Positions 47,304 to 55,930 of a stretch of 64,000 nucleotides of DNA are shown in pieces; positions within the stretch are counted from its first letter, which is position 1, and each line of letters begins with the position of its first letter. The notes below the pieces were generated by a model. It made no database searches and had not been told where the DNA came from. It saw only the letters and a program-made list of their open reading frames with translations. Location: assembly GCF_003205875.1 (NCBI RefSeq), contig NZ_PUBZ01000089.1, positions 1 to 64,000 on the forward strand. The letters are read 5' to 3'. Origin of the DNA: Herpetosiphon llansteffanensis (GTDB taxonomy: Bacteria > Chloroflexota > Chloroflexia > Chloroflexales > Herpetosiphonaceae). Position numbers and translations under genes: made by a program.

Positions 47304-48011
47304 TTATTGCAATGGAAGGCTAGGATCAATTTTGTAGCTTTGGACAATCCGTTGCAGGTCGGGCTGCAAGCTCTCAAATTGCTCAAGTGGCACCAAAATC
47401 TGAATCATGCTGAGATATTTGCCATCGCGGCGCACATAGCCATCGCCACTCATCGCCAGCAAGCTTTGCGGATCAACGAAACTATAGGAAACATAGGTTG
47501 TGCCATCTGCTTGCTTGACTGGCTGATCAAGATTAAACTCCGCCGACTCACCCACAATTTGGCTAATAAAATCGTTTAAAAACTCTTCATCGTTCGTAAT
47601 CAAGTTTTCGCTATCCTCAACCACCAGCAATTGAATAAACGCTTGTTCTAAGGGATCGACCCAAAACAGCAGATTATTGCCTGCATCAACGCTATCGCGT
47701 AGTTGCCAATCGCTCGGTACATCAATTGAAAAAGCCTTGGTTGGATTGGTGTAGGTTTGCAGTTCGTTGATCACGATAAAGGATGTGCTATCGCCTGGAA
47801 TATTTGCCAAATCGTCGATGGTTGGGGTTACTTGTGGACGTGGGGCAACCGTCGCTGGAATGGTGGGAGTAGCTGATGGCATGAGCAAAACTGGCTCAGC
47901 AGTAGCTGTGGCCGCTTGGGCAACCTGTTCGGTTGGTGGCACGGTTGTGGCCGTCGCGTCACCACAAGCGACCAAACTACAGATCAGCAAAAAATAGCCA
48001 ATAAACCGCAT
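47304..48011 (-). CDS. Lipoprotein, hypothetical
   Basis: ATG 48011 with a GAAGGAG RBS, lipobox LICSLVACG, and a Thr/Pro/Ala-rich linker. Confidence 0.55.
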   Translation of the reverse strand: MRFIGYFLLICSLVACGDATATTVPPTEQVAQAATATAEPVLLMPSATPTIPATVAPRPQVTPTIDDLANIPGDSTSFIVINELQTYTNPTKAFSIDVPSDWQLRDSVDAGNNLLFWVDPLEQAFIQLLVVEDSENLITNDEEFLNDFISQIVGESAEFNLDQPVKQADGTTYVSYSFVDPQSLLAMSGDGYVRRDGKYLSMIQILVPLEQFESLQPDLQRIVQSYKIDPSLPLQ

Positions 48012-48073
48012 AGAAACTCCTTCCGACCAAATTGGTCGGCTCAATGACGGTTTAGAGTGTACTCGATTTCGGC

Positions 48074-48913
48074 TTAGGCTAATTCGCCGCGTTGCCAAAG
48101 CGCCAATTGCTGCAATTCTTCGTAATAATCAGCCACACAGGCAATTCCTGCTTGAATGCCATCATCAAGGTGCAGGAGATCGGCCATACTCATGCGATTC
48201 ACATCGGGGCTGAACAGCAGATCAGGCGGCGTTTCACGCAAGCGTTGCAAGGTAATTTGATGCACCATTATACCAATCGCCCGTTCGGCCAAGGCTAATT
48301 GAGTGAGTGGAACCCAGCGCCGCCACGAAAAAAGGCTGCTTTGGGCAGCACTGCTAACTTCAAATTGATCAAATTCGCCAATGAGATTGACCGCAATCAC
48401 TCGTTCAGCCCCAAGTTGACGAGTTATGTCAATTGGCAAATTATTGCGAATGCCGCCATCGGCCAAAATATATTTATCGATGCGGCGCGGCGGAAACACG
48501 CCAGGCACGGCAGCACTCGCCAGCGCTGCTTCAACCAACGAGCCACGTTGCAACACAATCTCATGGCCAGTTACCAAATCAACCGCCACCGCTGCATAGG
48601 GAATTGGCAAATCCTCGATTAACTGGTCGCCCAATAATTCGCTAAGCACGCCAGCCAATTTTTCCGAGCCAATCAAGCCCCAGCTGGCCGGATCGAGGCT
48701 GAGAATTCGGCGCAATGGAGTCGAGCGAAAGGCTTGCTCGATGGTGGTAGCGTTGTAGCCCGCCGCCACAACCGCGCCAATAATTGCGCCAATGCTAGTT
48801 CCGGCCACCATATTCGGTTGAATGCCAACCCGTTCTAGCTCGTGCAGCACGCCAATATGAGCGCTGCCCTTGCCGCCACCGCCACCAAGGCACAAGCCGA
48901 TTGTCCGTTGCAT
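48074..48913 (-). CDS. Patatin-like phospholipase
   Basis: Oxyanion GGGGKGSAHIG, nucleophile GTSIGAI and a catalytic DGG motif. Confidence 0.8.
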   Translation of the reverse strand: MQRTIGLCLGGGGGKGSAHIGVLHELERVGIQPNMVAGTSIGAIIGAVVAAGYNATTIEQAFRSTPLRRILSLDPASWGLIGSEKLAGVLSELLGDQLIEDLPIPYAAVAVDLVTGHEIVLQRGSLVEAALASAAVPGVFPPRRIDKYILADGGIRNNLPIDITRQLGAERVIAVNLIGEFDQFEVSSAAQSSLFSWRRWVPLTQLALAERAIGIMVHQITLQRLRETPPDLLFSPDVNRMSMADLLHLDDGIQAGIACVADYYEELQQLALWQRGELA

Positions 48914-48949
48914 AGCTCAACTCCTGAGTAAATGACGCACTGCGTTATA

Positions 48950-49330
48950 GTATATCACAAAGGACGCAAATAACACCAAGGCTTTTTAGCCACGAATTCC
49001 ACGAAAGACGAAACCGCGAAGAGCGCGAAGACCGCCAAGGCTTTTTAGCCATAGATTGACACAGATTATTAGGATTATGTTCTATGTTCTATGTGTACTG
49101 GTTCATAGCATTAACCATCGCCTGATCCCCTCACCCCAACCCCTCTCCCGTGCGCGGGCGAGGGGCTTAATCGTGCGATTCTATCGCGATGCGTGATAGA
49201 AAACGGTCGGCTCCCCCTCGCCCGCGTGCAGTGGGAGAGGGGGTTGGGGGTGAGGGGACATGATCGCCAATTCAATGAACCAGTACATCTATGCTCTTCA
49301 TCCCTCATCCCTCATCCCTCATCCTTCACT
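48950..49330. repeat. Mosaic intergenic repeat cluster with a second copy of the palindromic element
   Basis: Motifs tttagccacgaattccacgaaagacgaaaccgcgaagagcgcgaagaccgc and catccctcatccctcatccctcatcc, plus a 135-bp palindrome at 49124-49258 that is near-identical to 1896-2029. Confidence 0.8.
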
Positions 49331-49403
49331 ACCCCTCATGGTTACCCTATCTCGGCAATTGTGCAATCTTAATAACTCTGTTACTGTTTTGAGTAACGCT
49401 ATT

Positions 49404-50360
49404 ATGTGGAGAGTCTGGCATATGTCCTCAGCATCAGGATCGCAGCTTGACAATGCTGACCGAACCGAGACACTACAAGAGCTAGGGCTCCTTGATGTTT
49501 CTTTCGACCCAGCCTTTGATCGATTGACCCGTTTAGCAAGCAAGGTGCTGCAAGCACCAGTTTCATTACTTTCCTTAGTTGAACATCATCGCCAATATTT
49601 TAAAAGTCATGTTGGCTTGGCCGAGCCTTGGGCAGAACGGCGCGAAACGCCTTTGAGCCATTCATTTTGCCAACACGTGGTCAGCAATGGCCATGAGTTA
49701 GTTGTCACCGATGCCCGCGAACATCCTTTAGTTCACGATAACCTAGCCATCCCCGACTTGGGCGTGATTAGCTATGCTGGCATGCCGATTCGCAGCGATG
49801 GCCATGTGCTTGGCTCGTTCTGTGTGATCGATAGCAAACCACGGGTTTGGACAGTTGAAGAACTCGATATTTTGCATGAATTTGCTGAATTGTTGATGAC
49901 TGAGCTTAAATTGCGCCAAGAAATTCGCACCCATCAACACGATATTCGCGAACGTGATCGCCTGCAAACCGAGATTATTGGCTTGCAACAAAACCTGCTC
50001 GATGAGCTTTCAACGCCGTTGATTCCGCTGAATGATCAAGTGTTGGTTGCACCCTTGATTGGCGCACTCGATCAGCAACGAGCGCAACGTATGACTGAGG
50101 CAGTCTTATCGGGAGTTGGCAAATATCGCGCCGATTTCGTGATTCTCGATATTACGGGCGTGCCAGTTTTGGATACCTATGTGGCTTCGTTGTTGGTGCA
50201 AACCTCGCAAGCAATTCAGCTGCTTGGGGCGCGTATGGTGCTGACTGGCTTGCGGCCTGAAATTGCCCAAACCATCGTCAGCGTTGGCCTCGATTTGCGC
50301 AGCGTTGTGACCTATAGCACGTTGCAACAAGGCATCGAATATACGTTTCGGCGTAAATAA
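49404..50360 (+). CDS. GAF-domain plus STAS-domain protein (RsbR/anti-sigma-antagonist-like)
   Basis: The N-terminal half is GAF-like. The C-terminal STAS is ADFVILDITGVPVLDTYVASLLVQTSQAIQLLGARMVLTGLRPEIAQTIVSVGLD. The start is ATG 49404 or 49422; the ORF-track start at 49260 lies in repeat DNA. Confidence 0.6.
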   Translation: MWRVWHMSSASGSQLDNADRTETLQELGLLDVSFDPAFDRLTRLASKVLQAPVSLLSLVEHHRQYFKSHVGLAEPWAERRETPLSHSFCQHVVSNGHELVVTDAREHPLVHDNLAIPDLGVISYAGMPIRSDGHVLGSFCVIDSKPRVWTVEELDILHEFAELLMTELKLRQEIRTHQHDIRERDRLQTEIIGLQQNLLDELSTPLIPLNDQVLVAPLIGALDQQRAQRMTEAVLSGVGKYRADFVILDITGVPVLDTYVASLLVQTSQAIQLLGARMVLTGLRPEIAQTIVSVGLDLRSVVTYSTLQQGIEYTFRRK

Positions 50361-50379
50361 CTGCACTGCTTAATCAAAT

Positions 50380-50404
50380 GACGGCGGAGCGCAAACTCCG
50401 CCGT
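50380..50404. terminator. Hairpin between convergent genes (bidirectional terminator candidate)
   Basis: gacggcggag-cgcaaa-ctccgccgt between the 49404-50360 (+) and murJ (-) 3' ends. Confidence 0.45.
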
Positions 50405-50411
50405 GTTGCGT

Positions 50412-51992
50412 TTAAGCAGCGTTGCGTTTGAATTTGCGTTGCAGGGCTTGGCTGAAAAATTGCAGCGCATCGAGTTTAAGCCACCACAATAAGCCCAAAT
50501 AGATTAAGCCACTGCCGCCGCCCGCCACAATCAGCACCAGCAGCGCATTCAATTTGCTGGGCGTGGTTGGCAACACTTGTAATAGCCCCCAACATGTTGC
50601 CGCCATGACCAAGGCGGCCATTGCAATTTTGACGCTCGCTAGCAGCATAGCTTGGCCATCAAAAACCCGCAGGCGGCGATGTGCCACGACGGCCATTACC
50701 AACGCGTGGATGGTTAATTGAGCCACGTTGCCAGCAATCAGGCCATACATGCCCCAATGGCGATAGCTCAAACCAGCCACCAAAAAATAGCTAGCAATCG
50801 CTGGAGCTTGCACCAAATTGGGCAACAAGGTGTTCTTGCGGGCATAAAAGGCGAAAATTAATGGCTGATCGATCGCTGCCGCCAACATGCTTGGCAAATA
50901 TGCCAGCAACACCAAGGCTGTAACTCGGGTATTTTCTGGGCTAAACTTGCCACCTTCAAACAAAATTCGCAGCACTGACTCGCCTAAAAAGCCAAAAATC
51001 ACCAACATTGGCACAATTAGCAGCAACACCACTTTTAGCCCAATGCCTAAGATGCGACGAAAACCAGCTTCATCGCCATCGCTGTTGAGCCGCGCGAGCG
51101 TTGGCAAAATCGCAATCGAGATGGCCGCTGAAACTAAGCCCAAGGCAAATTGAATAAAAGTTGTGGCATTGCGCATATACGATGCAGATAGGTCATCGAT
51201 GCTGCCCGCCAGCTGACGATCGATCAATGTGCCAATAAACGAAAAGCTAATGCCAAGCGCAACTGGCGCATAGAGTAAACCGATTCGGCGCACGCCTGGG
51301 TGGCGCAAACGCAGCATCGGGCGCAATCGTGCACCGCGCAAAGCTGGCAATTGCAAGCCAACTTGGGCCAACGCTCCAGCCACCATCGCCCAACCCAACA
51401 CCCGCGCATCCTGCGGCCAAAACCAAATCAGCACAATCAAGGCCAAATTAAACACGGTCGAGGTAAAGGCAGGCAACGAAAAACGCCGTTGGGCTTGCAA
51501 TAAGCCAGTCAGCACGCCCGACAAGCACATAAAAACCACGGCGATGACCATTGAGTGCAACATCGATACGCCAAGGTTGAGCATGGTTGGGCTAGCAACA
51601 ATCTTAGAAGCGAGTACCTGATTAATTGGCTCAGCAAAGAGCCAAACTAGCCCACCCAAAAAGCTCAAAACAAGGCTGAGAATGGTCAAAATTGTGTTGA
51701 TAATTTGCCATAAATCGCCATCATCATGCTGATCGATGTAATCGCTGAGCACTGGAACAAGCGCCGCGCTGACCAAGCCACCAACTAAAAAATCGTAGAG
51801 CTGGGTTGGCACGGCGCTGAGCAACGAATACAGGCTGGTTTCTGCGCCAACGCCAAAATTGTGATTGATAACTTTATCGCGGACGAGGCCAAGGATGCGG
51901 CTGGCAAAATTGCCAACCATTAATAACAAAGCGGCTAGCGCAATACTGCGGCCAGCCGTTGCTTGGGCTTTGGTTTCGAGTTTGGTGTTCAT
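50412..51992 (-). CDS. murJ: Lipid II flippase MurJ (MviN)
   Basis: ~14 TM helices and the MurJ family N-terminus (ALLLMVGNFASRILGLVRDKVI). Confidence 0.85.
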   Translation of the reverse strand: MNTKLETKAQATAGRSIALAALLLMVGNFASRILGLVRDKVINHNFGVGAETSLYSLLSAVPTQLYDFLVGGLVSAALVPVLSDYIDQHDDGDLWQIINTILTILSLVLSFLGGLVWLFAEPINQVLASKIVASPTMLNLGVSMLHSMVIAVVFMCLSGVLTGLLQAQRRFSLPAFTSTVFNLALIVLIWFWPQDARVLGWAMVAGALAQVGLQLPALRGARLRPMLRLRHPGVRRIGLLYAPVALGISFSFIGTLIDRQLAGSIDDLSASYMRNATTFIQFALGLVSAAISIAILPTLARLNSDGDEAGFRRILGIGLKVVLLLIVPMLVIFGFLGESVLRILFEGGKFSPENTRVTALVLLAYLPSMLAAAIDQPLIFAFYARKNTLLPNLVQAPAIASYFLVAGLSYRHWGMYGLIAGNVAQLTIHALVMAVVAHRRLRVFDGQAMLLASVKIAMAALVMAATCWGLLQVLPTTPSKLNALLVLIVAGGGSGLIYLGLLWWLKLDALQFFSQALQRKFKRNAA

Positions 51993-52705
51993 GCAAAAAG
52001 TGTCGTTTCTGGCTGATCGTTCAATCCGAACGAAGGATAGACGCGGTGTAAATAGGCGGTATTAAACCAATCGTGTTGGTCAAGGAATTGCTGCCAATCG
52101 TGGCGCTGCGTGGCGTGAGCATCTAATGCTGCGCGCTTGGTTTCGGCAAACTCACTCACATCAATAATCGTCGTTGCAGGCAAGGGATCGGGGAAATTGC
52201 CGCTGCTCGCCGAATTAATCACCCGATCGCTGCCCGGCGCAACGCTCTGATAATATAAGCGCGGCTGCTCGCTGCTTGGATTCAAGGCCATATATTGAGC
52301 AAAAGCTTGGGTTGTGGCCATGCTAATTGCAATATGATCAGGATGGCCATAAATTCCATCGGGGCCAAACGTCAAAACAATTTCTGGCTGCTCCGCATTC
52401 AGCACTTCAACAATTTTATCGCGCAATTCGCTGGCATTTGCCAACGCCAAGCCACCATCGGGATAATCCCAGACGATGCTGCGATCGACTCCAATTGCTT
52501 GACATGCTTGATGCAGCTCCTCTAGTCGCACCGAACCCAAATGTTCAGGATCAATTTCCAGCTCAGGGCTAATATCGCCGCGTTCGCCATGGGTTGCGGT
52601 AATAATCACAACGCGATAGCCAGCAGCACGGGCTTGGGCAAGCACACCAACAGGGCCAAAAGCTTCATCATCGGGATGCGCCCAAACAGAAAGAATGGTT
52701 GGCAT
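51989..52705 (-). CDS. PIG-L/LmbE-family N-acetylglucosaminyl deacetylase
   Basis: AHPDDE motif and HxDH (GHPDHI). It overlaps the murJ start by 4 nt. Confidence 0.8.
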   Translation of the reverse strand: MPTILSVWAHPDDEAFGPVGVLAQARAAGYRVVIITATHGERGDISPELEIDPEHLGSVRLEELHQACQAIGVDRSIVWDYPDGGLALANASELRDKIVEVLNAEQPEIVLTFGPDGIYGHPDHIAISMATTQAFAQYMALNPSSEQPRLYYQSVAPGSDRVINSASSGNFPDPLPATTIIDVSEFAETKRAALDAHATQRHDWQQFLDQHDWFNTAYLHRVYPSFGLNDQPETTLFA

Positions 52706-52723
52706 AGTTAAGATAGTCCTCGA

Positions 52724-53398
52724 CTAAGCAGGCTCTAGCAGGTTTAAATCAAAGATGCGGCTAAAAATCCGAATAACTCGTTGTTGCACATCGCTCAAAG
52801 CTGGCGCGACCGGCAAAAGCTCGGCCAACGACGTTACGCCATAATCGTGAATGCCACAGGGCACGATGGCCGCAAAATCATCCAAATTGGTCGTAACATT
52901 CAGGGCAAAGCCATGCGAGGTAACGCCACGGGTGTTCGAGCGCACACCAATCGCGGCAATTTTGCGATCGCCGACCCAAACCCCGGTATAGCCAGCAAAG
53001 CGCCGCGCACTCAGGCCATATTCCGCCAGCAGTTCGATAATCACTGCTTCGAGCATGCGCAGATATTGGTGTAAATCGCGGCCATGATCGCGAATTTGCA
53101 AAATTGGGTAGCCCACCAACTGGCCTGGGCCATGATAGGTAATATCGCCACCGCGATCAACCTCGATTAAGGCTGCGCCGCGTTGTTGCAAGCTTTCTGG
53201 GCTGACCAACAAGTGATCGTAGCCGCCAGAACGCCCAATCGTGTAGGTTGTTGGGTGCTCCAACAACACCAAGGTATCGGGAATAGTATCGGCGCTGCGT
53301 TGGCTCACTAAGTTGCGTTGCAAGTCCCACGCAGCTTGATAATCGAGCATGCCAAGAATTTGCACAGCCAATTGGCGTTGCACTTGTTGAATCGTCAT
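52724..53398 (-). CDS. lipB: Octanoyltransferase LipB
   Basis: RGGDITYHGPGQLVGYPIL, K in PCGI..., and LipB-family length. Confidence 0.85.
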   Translation of the reverse strand: MTIQQVQRQLAVQILGMLDYQAAWDLQRNLVSQRSADTIPDTLVLLEHPTTYTIGRSGGYDHLLVSPESLQQRGAALIEVDRGGDITYHGPGQLVGYPILQIRDHGRDLHQYLRMLEAVIIELLAEYGLSARRFAGYTGVWVGDRKIAAIGVRSNTRGVTSHGFALNVTTNLDDFAAIVPCGIHDYGVTSLAELLPVAPALSDVQQRVIRIFSRIFDLNLLEPA

Positions 53399-53829
53399 AA
53401 AGGCATCAAGCTAATCATATCGCCGCCGAATGGTGATGGTTGGCTCAGCCGAGCGCCATAGGTTGCTGGTTCGCTCGCCGCCCAATCTACATAATCGGCG
53501 CTATATTGGCCATTAAAATAGACATGCACCACTTGATTGTGGGTCACGCGGCTCATCGCATCCCACACTTCATTATCGTCGTGGGAATATGCCACCAGCA
53601 TGGCACGCTCAGGTGCAAATTCATCTTCCTCTGGCGGAATCACCAAGCCCAGCCATTGATTCGGATAGCGGGCTTCGATGATTTCGATGGCTTCTGTATG
53701 GCCGCGGGTTTCCATCGCGGTATAGGGGCAACCACAATTGCAACTCACGCCACATTCGGCGGTGCCACATTTGCCGGTTGAAACGCGTCCGCCGTGGTCG
53801 GCAGTGGTTAATTGAATTAAAACAGGCAT
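53395..53829 (-). CDS. Hypothetical Cys-rich protein translationally coupled to lipB
   Basis: N-terminal Cys cluster CGTAECGVSCNCGCP and an ATGA overlap with lipB. Confidence 0.45.
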   Translation of the reverse strand: MPVLIQLTTADHGGRVSTGKCGTAECGVSCNCGCPYTAMETRGHTEAIEIIEARYPNQWLGLVIPPEEDEFAPERAMLVAYSHDDNEVWDAMSRVTHNQVVHVYFNGQYSADYVDWAASEPATYGARLSQPSPFGGDMISLMPL

Positions 53830-54018
53830 AGCTTAAACTCACAAATTGAGAACAAACGCTCTGCGAGCATGATAGCACAATCAGCTTATTTGCAACCAGA
53901 TCGCTAGCAATTAAGGAATTTCTGCTATACTAGCACGCTAGTTAGCCGCACATTGCGCGCAAACCTAGTTGCTTATGCTCCGTCAATGCCAAGCAATCAA
54001 GCGGAGGTACGATACACA

Positions 54019-54594
54019 ATGAAGAGTGTTGATCCAACCCAAGCATCCTTAGCACCGGAAGATGCCGAGGCCCTGCTGCGCAGCTTGCAAGCTCGTTTTG
54101 AGCAATTCATGCAGCGCCATCCAACGCTGGAATGGGCCAAGATTGAAGCAAAACTTGCAGCCCAACCCGCCAAACTGTGGTCGCTCAACGAAATGGAGCG
54201 TACTGGTGGCGAGCCAGATGTGGTTAGCTACGATGCAGCAAGCGATCAATATCTGTTTTACGATTGTTCGGTCGAAACTCCTAAATATCGCCGTAGCATC
54301 TGTTATGATCGCGAAGCGCTGAATGCGCGCAAAGAACATAAACCAGCAACCAGTGCCCAAGATATGGCAGCGGAAATGGGGATTGAATTGCTGAGCGAAG
54401 CAGATTATTGGGCCTTGCAACAGCTTGGCGCATTCGATACCAAAACATCAAGCTGGCTTCAAACCCCACCTGCAATTCGCGATCATGGCGGCGCGCTCTT
54501 CGGTGATTATCGCTACAAACATGTTTTTATCTATCATAGTGGTGCAGATTCATATTATGCGGTACGCGGCTTTCGTGGCTTGTTGCGCGTCTAA
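54019..54594 (+). CDS. Conserved hypothetical protein
   Basis: ATG 54019 with a GGAGG RBS; ~190 aa, coding periodicity consistent with the window. Confidence 0.45.
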   Translation: MKSVDPTQASLAPEDAEALLRSLQARFEQFMQRHPTLEWAKIEAKLAAQPAKLWSLNEMERTGGEPDVVSYDAASDQYLFYDCSVETPKYRRSICYDREALNARKEHKPATSAQDMAAEMGIELLSEADYWALQQLGAFDTKTSSWLQTPPAIRDHGGALFGDYRYKHVFIYHSGADSYYAVRGFRGLLRV

Positions 54595-54650
54595 AGCCAG
54601 CTTGTTTAATATCGCGGCATCCTATGCTACGCCAATAGAAAGGTCGATCA

Positions 54651-55766
54651 ATGGTTGGACGTGAACTTTATCGGTTGTTGCAATGCCCTACCTGTAACTC
54701 ACGGGATTTGGCGGTGTATGCTGAGCATGTGCTATGCGCTGGCTGCCGCAACGAATATCCCATTCACAAGGGCTACATTGATTTAATGCCGCGCCAAACT
54801 GAATTTGATTATATTTCAAAATATGTTTCCGAAGAAGAAAGCATGGGCGAGGAGCTTGATTATCGTGAGATGGCTCCCCCATTGCTGGCAGCAGGCGTGC
54901 GCCATCGCCAAATTCGGCGCATGTTGGCGCTCAAGCCCACTGATATTGTGTTTGATAATGCTTGTGGCAATGGGCGCTTTGGCTTGTGGAACGCTGATGC
55001 GGTTGGCTTGATTGTTGGCAGCGATCCAGCGGTGCTTTTCGCCGACCAAGCGCTAGCCGAGATGGAATTGGCCCAAGCTGATTCGCGGCGCTTGCCATTT
55101 GTCGATGGTGCATTCGATAAATCGCTCTCAGTCGATGTGCTCGAACACTTCCCGCGCGACGTGATCCACGATTATTTGGTCGAAACTGCGCGCGTGTTGC
55201 GGGTTGGCGGTCGAGTGGCAATCTTCTCGAATACCCGCGAAATGTCGCCAATTCAGCCGATCATCAATATTTCCAAGCGCTTGGGCAAATTCTTTGTCAA
55301 GCAAGGCGTTTACGATTTCGAGCGCGAAGCACGGCGTAAATCCGACCACATCAAAGACCTCAAAACGTGGGATGATGTGGAAGCGGCCTTGGTTGAAGCA
55401 GGCTTGAAGCCGGTTAAAGTGGTATTTTGGAATAGCGTTTTCACCTCATTTGTCGAGCATGTGCTGATGAAACTGGGCGAATCGCTGATTGCTAAGCGCA
55501 AAACCGCCAAAGCCACCATTGCTCCGGTGCTAACCGATGAGGCCGTCAATGCCTCGGCTGGTGCCCAACGCGAAATCGTGGCCCGCCGCGCAATGCGTCG
55601 CCACCTGACCAAAAACTCGCCAATTTATTGGGCGCTATATCTGGTCACACTGCTGATGGAGCTTGATTTGTGGTTGTTTGGCTGGATGCGCACCGGCCCG
55701 TATTTTGTGTTGGCCGAGAAGGTCGAAGGCCGCTATGTGCCAGCGCCCTTGCCCGCCGAAGAATAA
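54651..55766 (+). CDS. Class I SAM-dependent methyltransferase with N-terminal Trm112-like zinc ribbon and C-terminal hydrophobic tail
   Basis: CPTC..x..CAGC zinc-ribbon; motif I VFDNACGNGRF; motif post-II VDGAFDKSLSVDVLEHF; C-terminal helix IYWALYLVTLLMELDLWLFGWM. Confidence 0.7.
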   Translation: MVGRELYRLLQCPTCNSRDLAVYAEHVLCAGCRNEYPIHKGYIDLMPRQTEFDYISKYVSEEESMGEELDYREMAPPLLAAGVRHRQIRRMLALKPTDIVFDNACGNGRFGLWNADAVGLIVGSDPAVLFADQALAEMELAQADSRRLPFVDGAFDKSLSVDVLEHFPRDVIHDYLVETARVLRVGGRVAIFSNTREMSPIQPIINISKRLGKFFVKQGVYDFEREARRKSDHIKDLKTWDDVEAALVEAGLKPVKVVFWNSVFTSFVEHVLMKLGESLIAKRKTAKATIAPVLTDEAVNASAGAQREIVARRAMRRHLTKNSPIYWALYLVTLLMELDLWLFGWMRTGPYFVLAEKVEGRYVPAPLPAEE

Positions 55767-55773
55767 AAAAAAA

Positions 55774-55808
55774 GCCCTGTTGCTCAGTTGAGCAGCAGGG
55801 CTTTTTTT
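55774..55808 (+). terminator. Strong rho-independent terminator, probably bidirectional
   Basis: A10 run, stem gccctgttgctca / tgagcagcagggc, T7 run. Confidence 0.8.
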
Positions 55809-55855
55809 GGTTAATCGAATTTCTATTGTTATACAGATAATAATCCCATCAAACA

Positions 55856-55885
55856 TTGACAGTTCACATATTCAATTGCTATAGT
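55856..55885 (+). promoter_or_regulatory. Near-consensus sigma-70 promoter for the OLD-like gene
   Basis: TTGACA, 18-nt spacer, TATAGT, ~45 nt upstream of ATG 55931, in AT-rich DNA. Confidence 0.4.
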
Positions 55886-55930
55886 AAGTTTAACGCTTTT
55901 TTGTAATAATTTACATAAAAAGGAACTACT

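Noticed and set aside
49260-49403. Long ORF-track start of the GAF-STAS gene at 49260
   Set aside because: The first 48 codons run through the palindromic and heptameric repeat DNA. Internal ATGs at 49404 and 49422 are more plausible.
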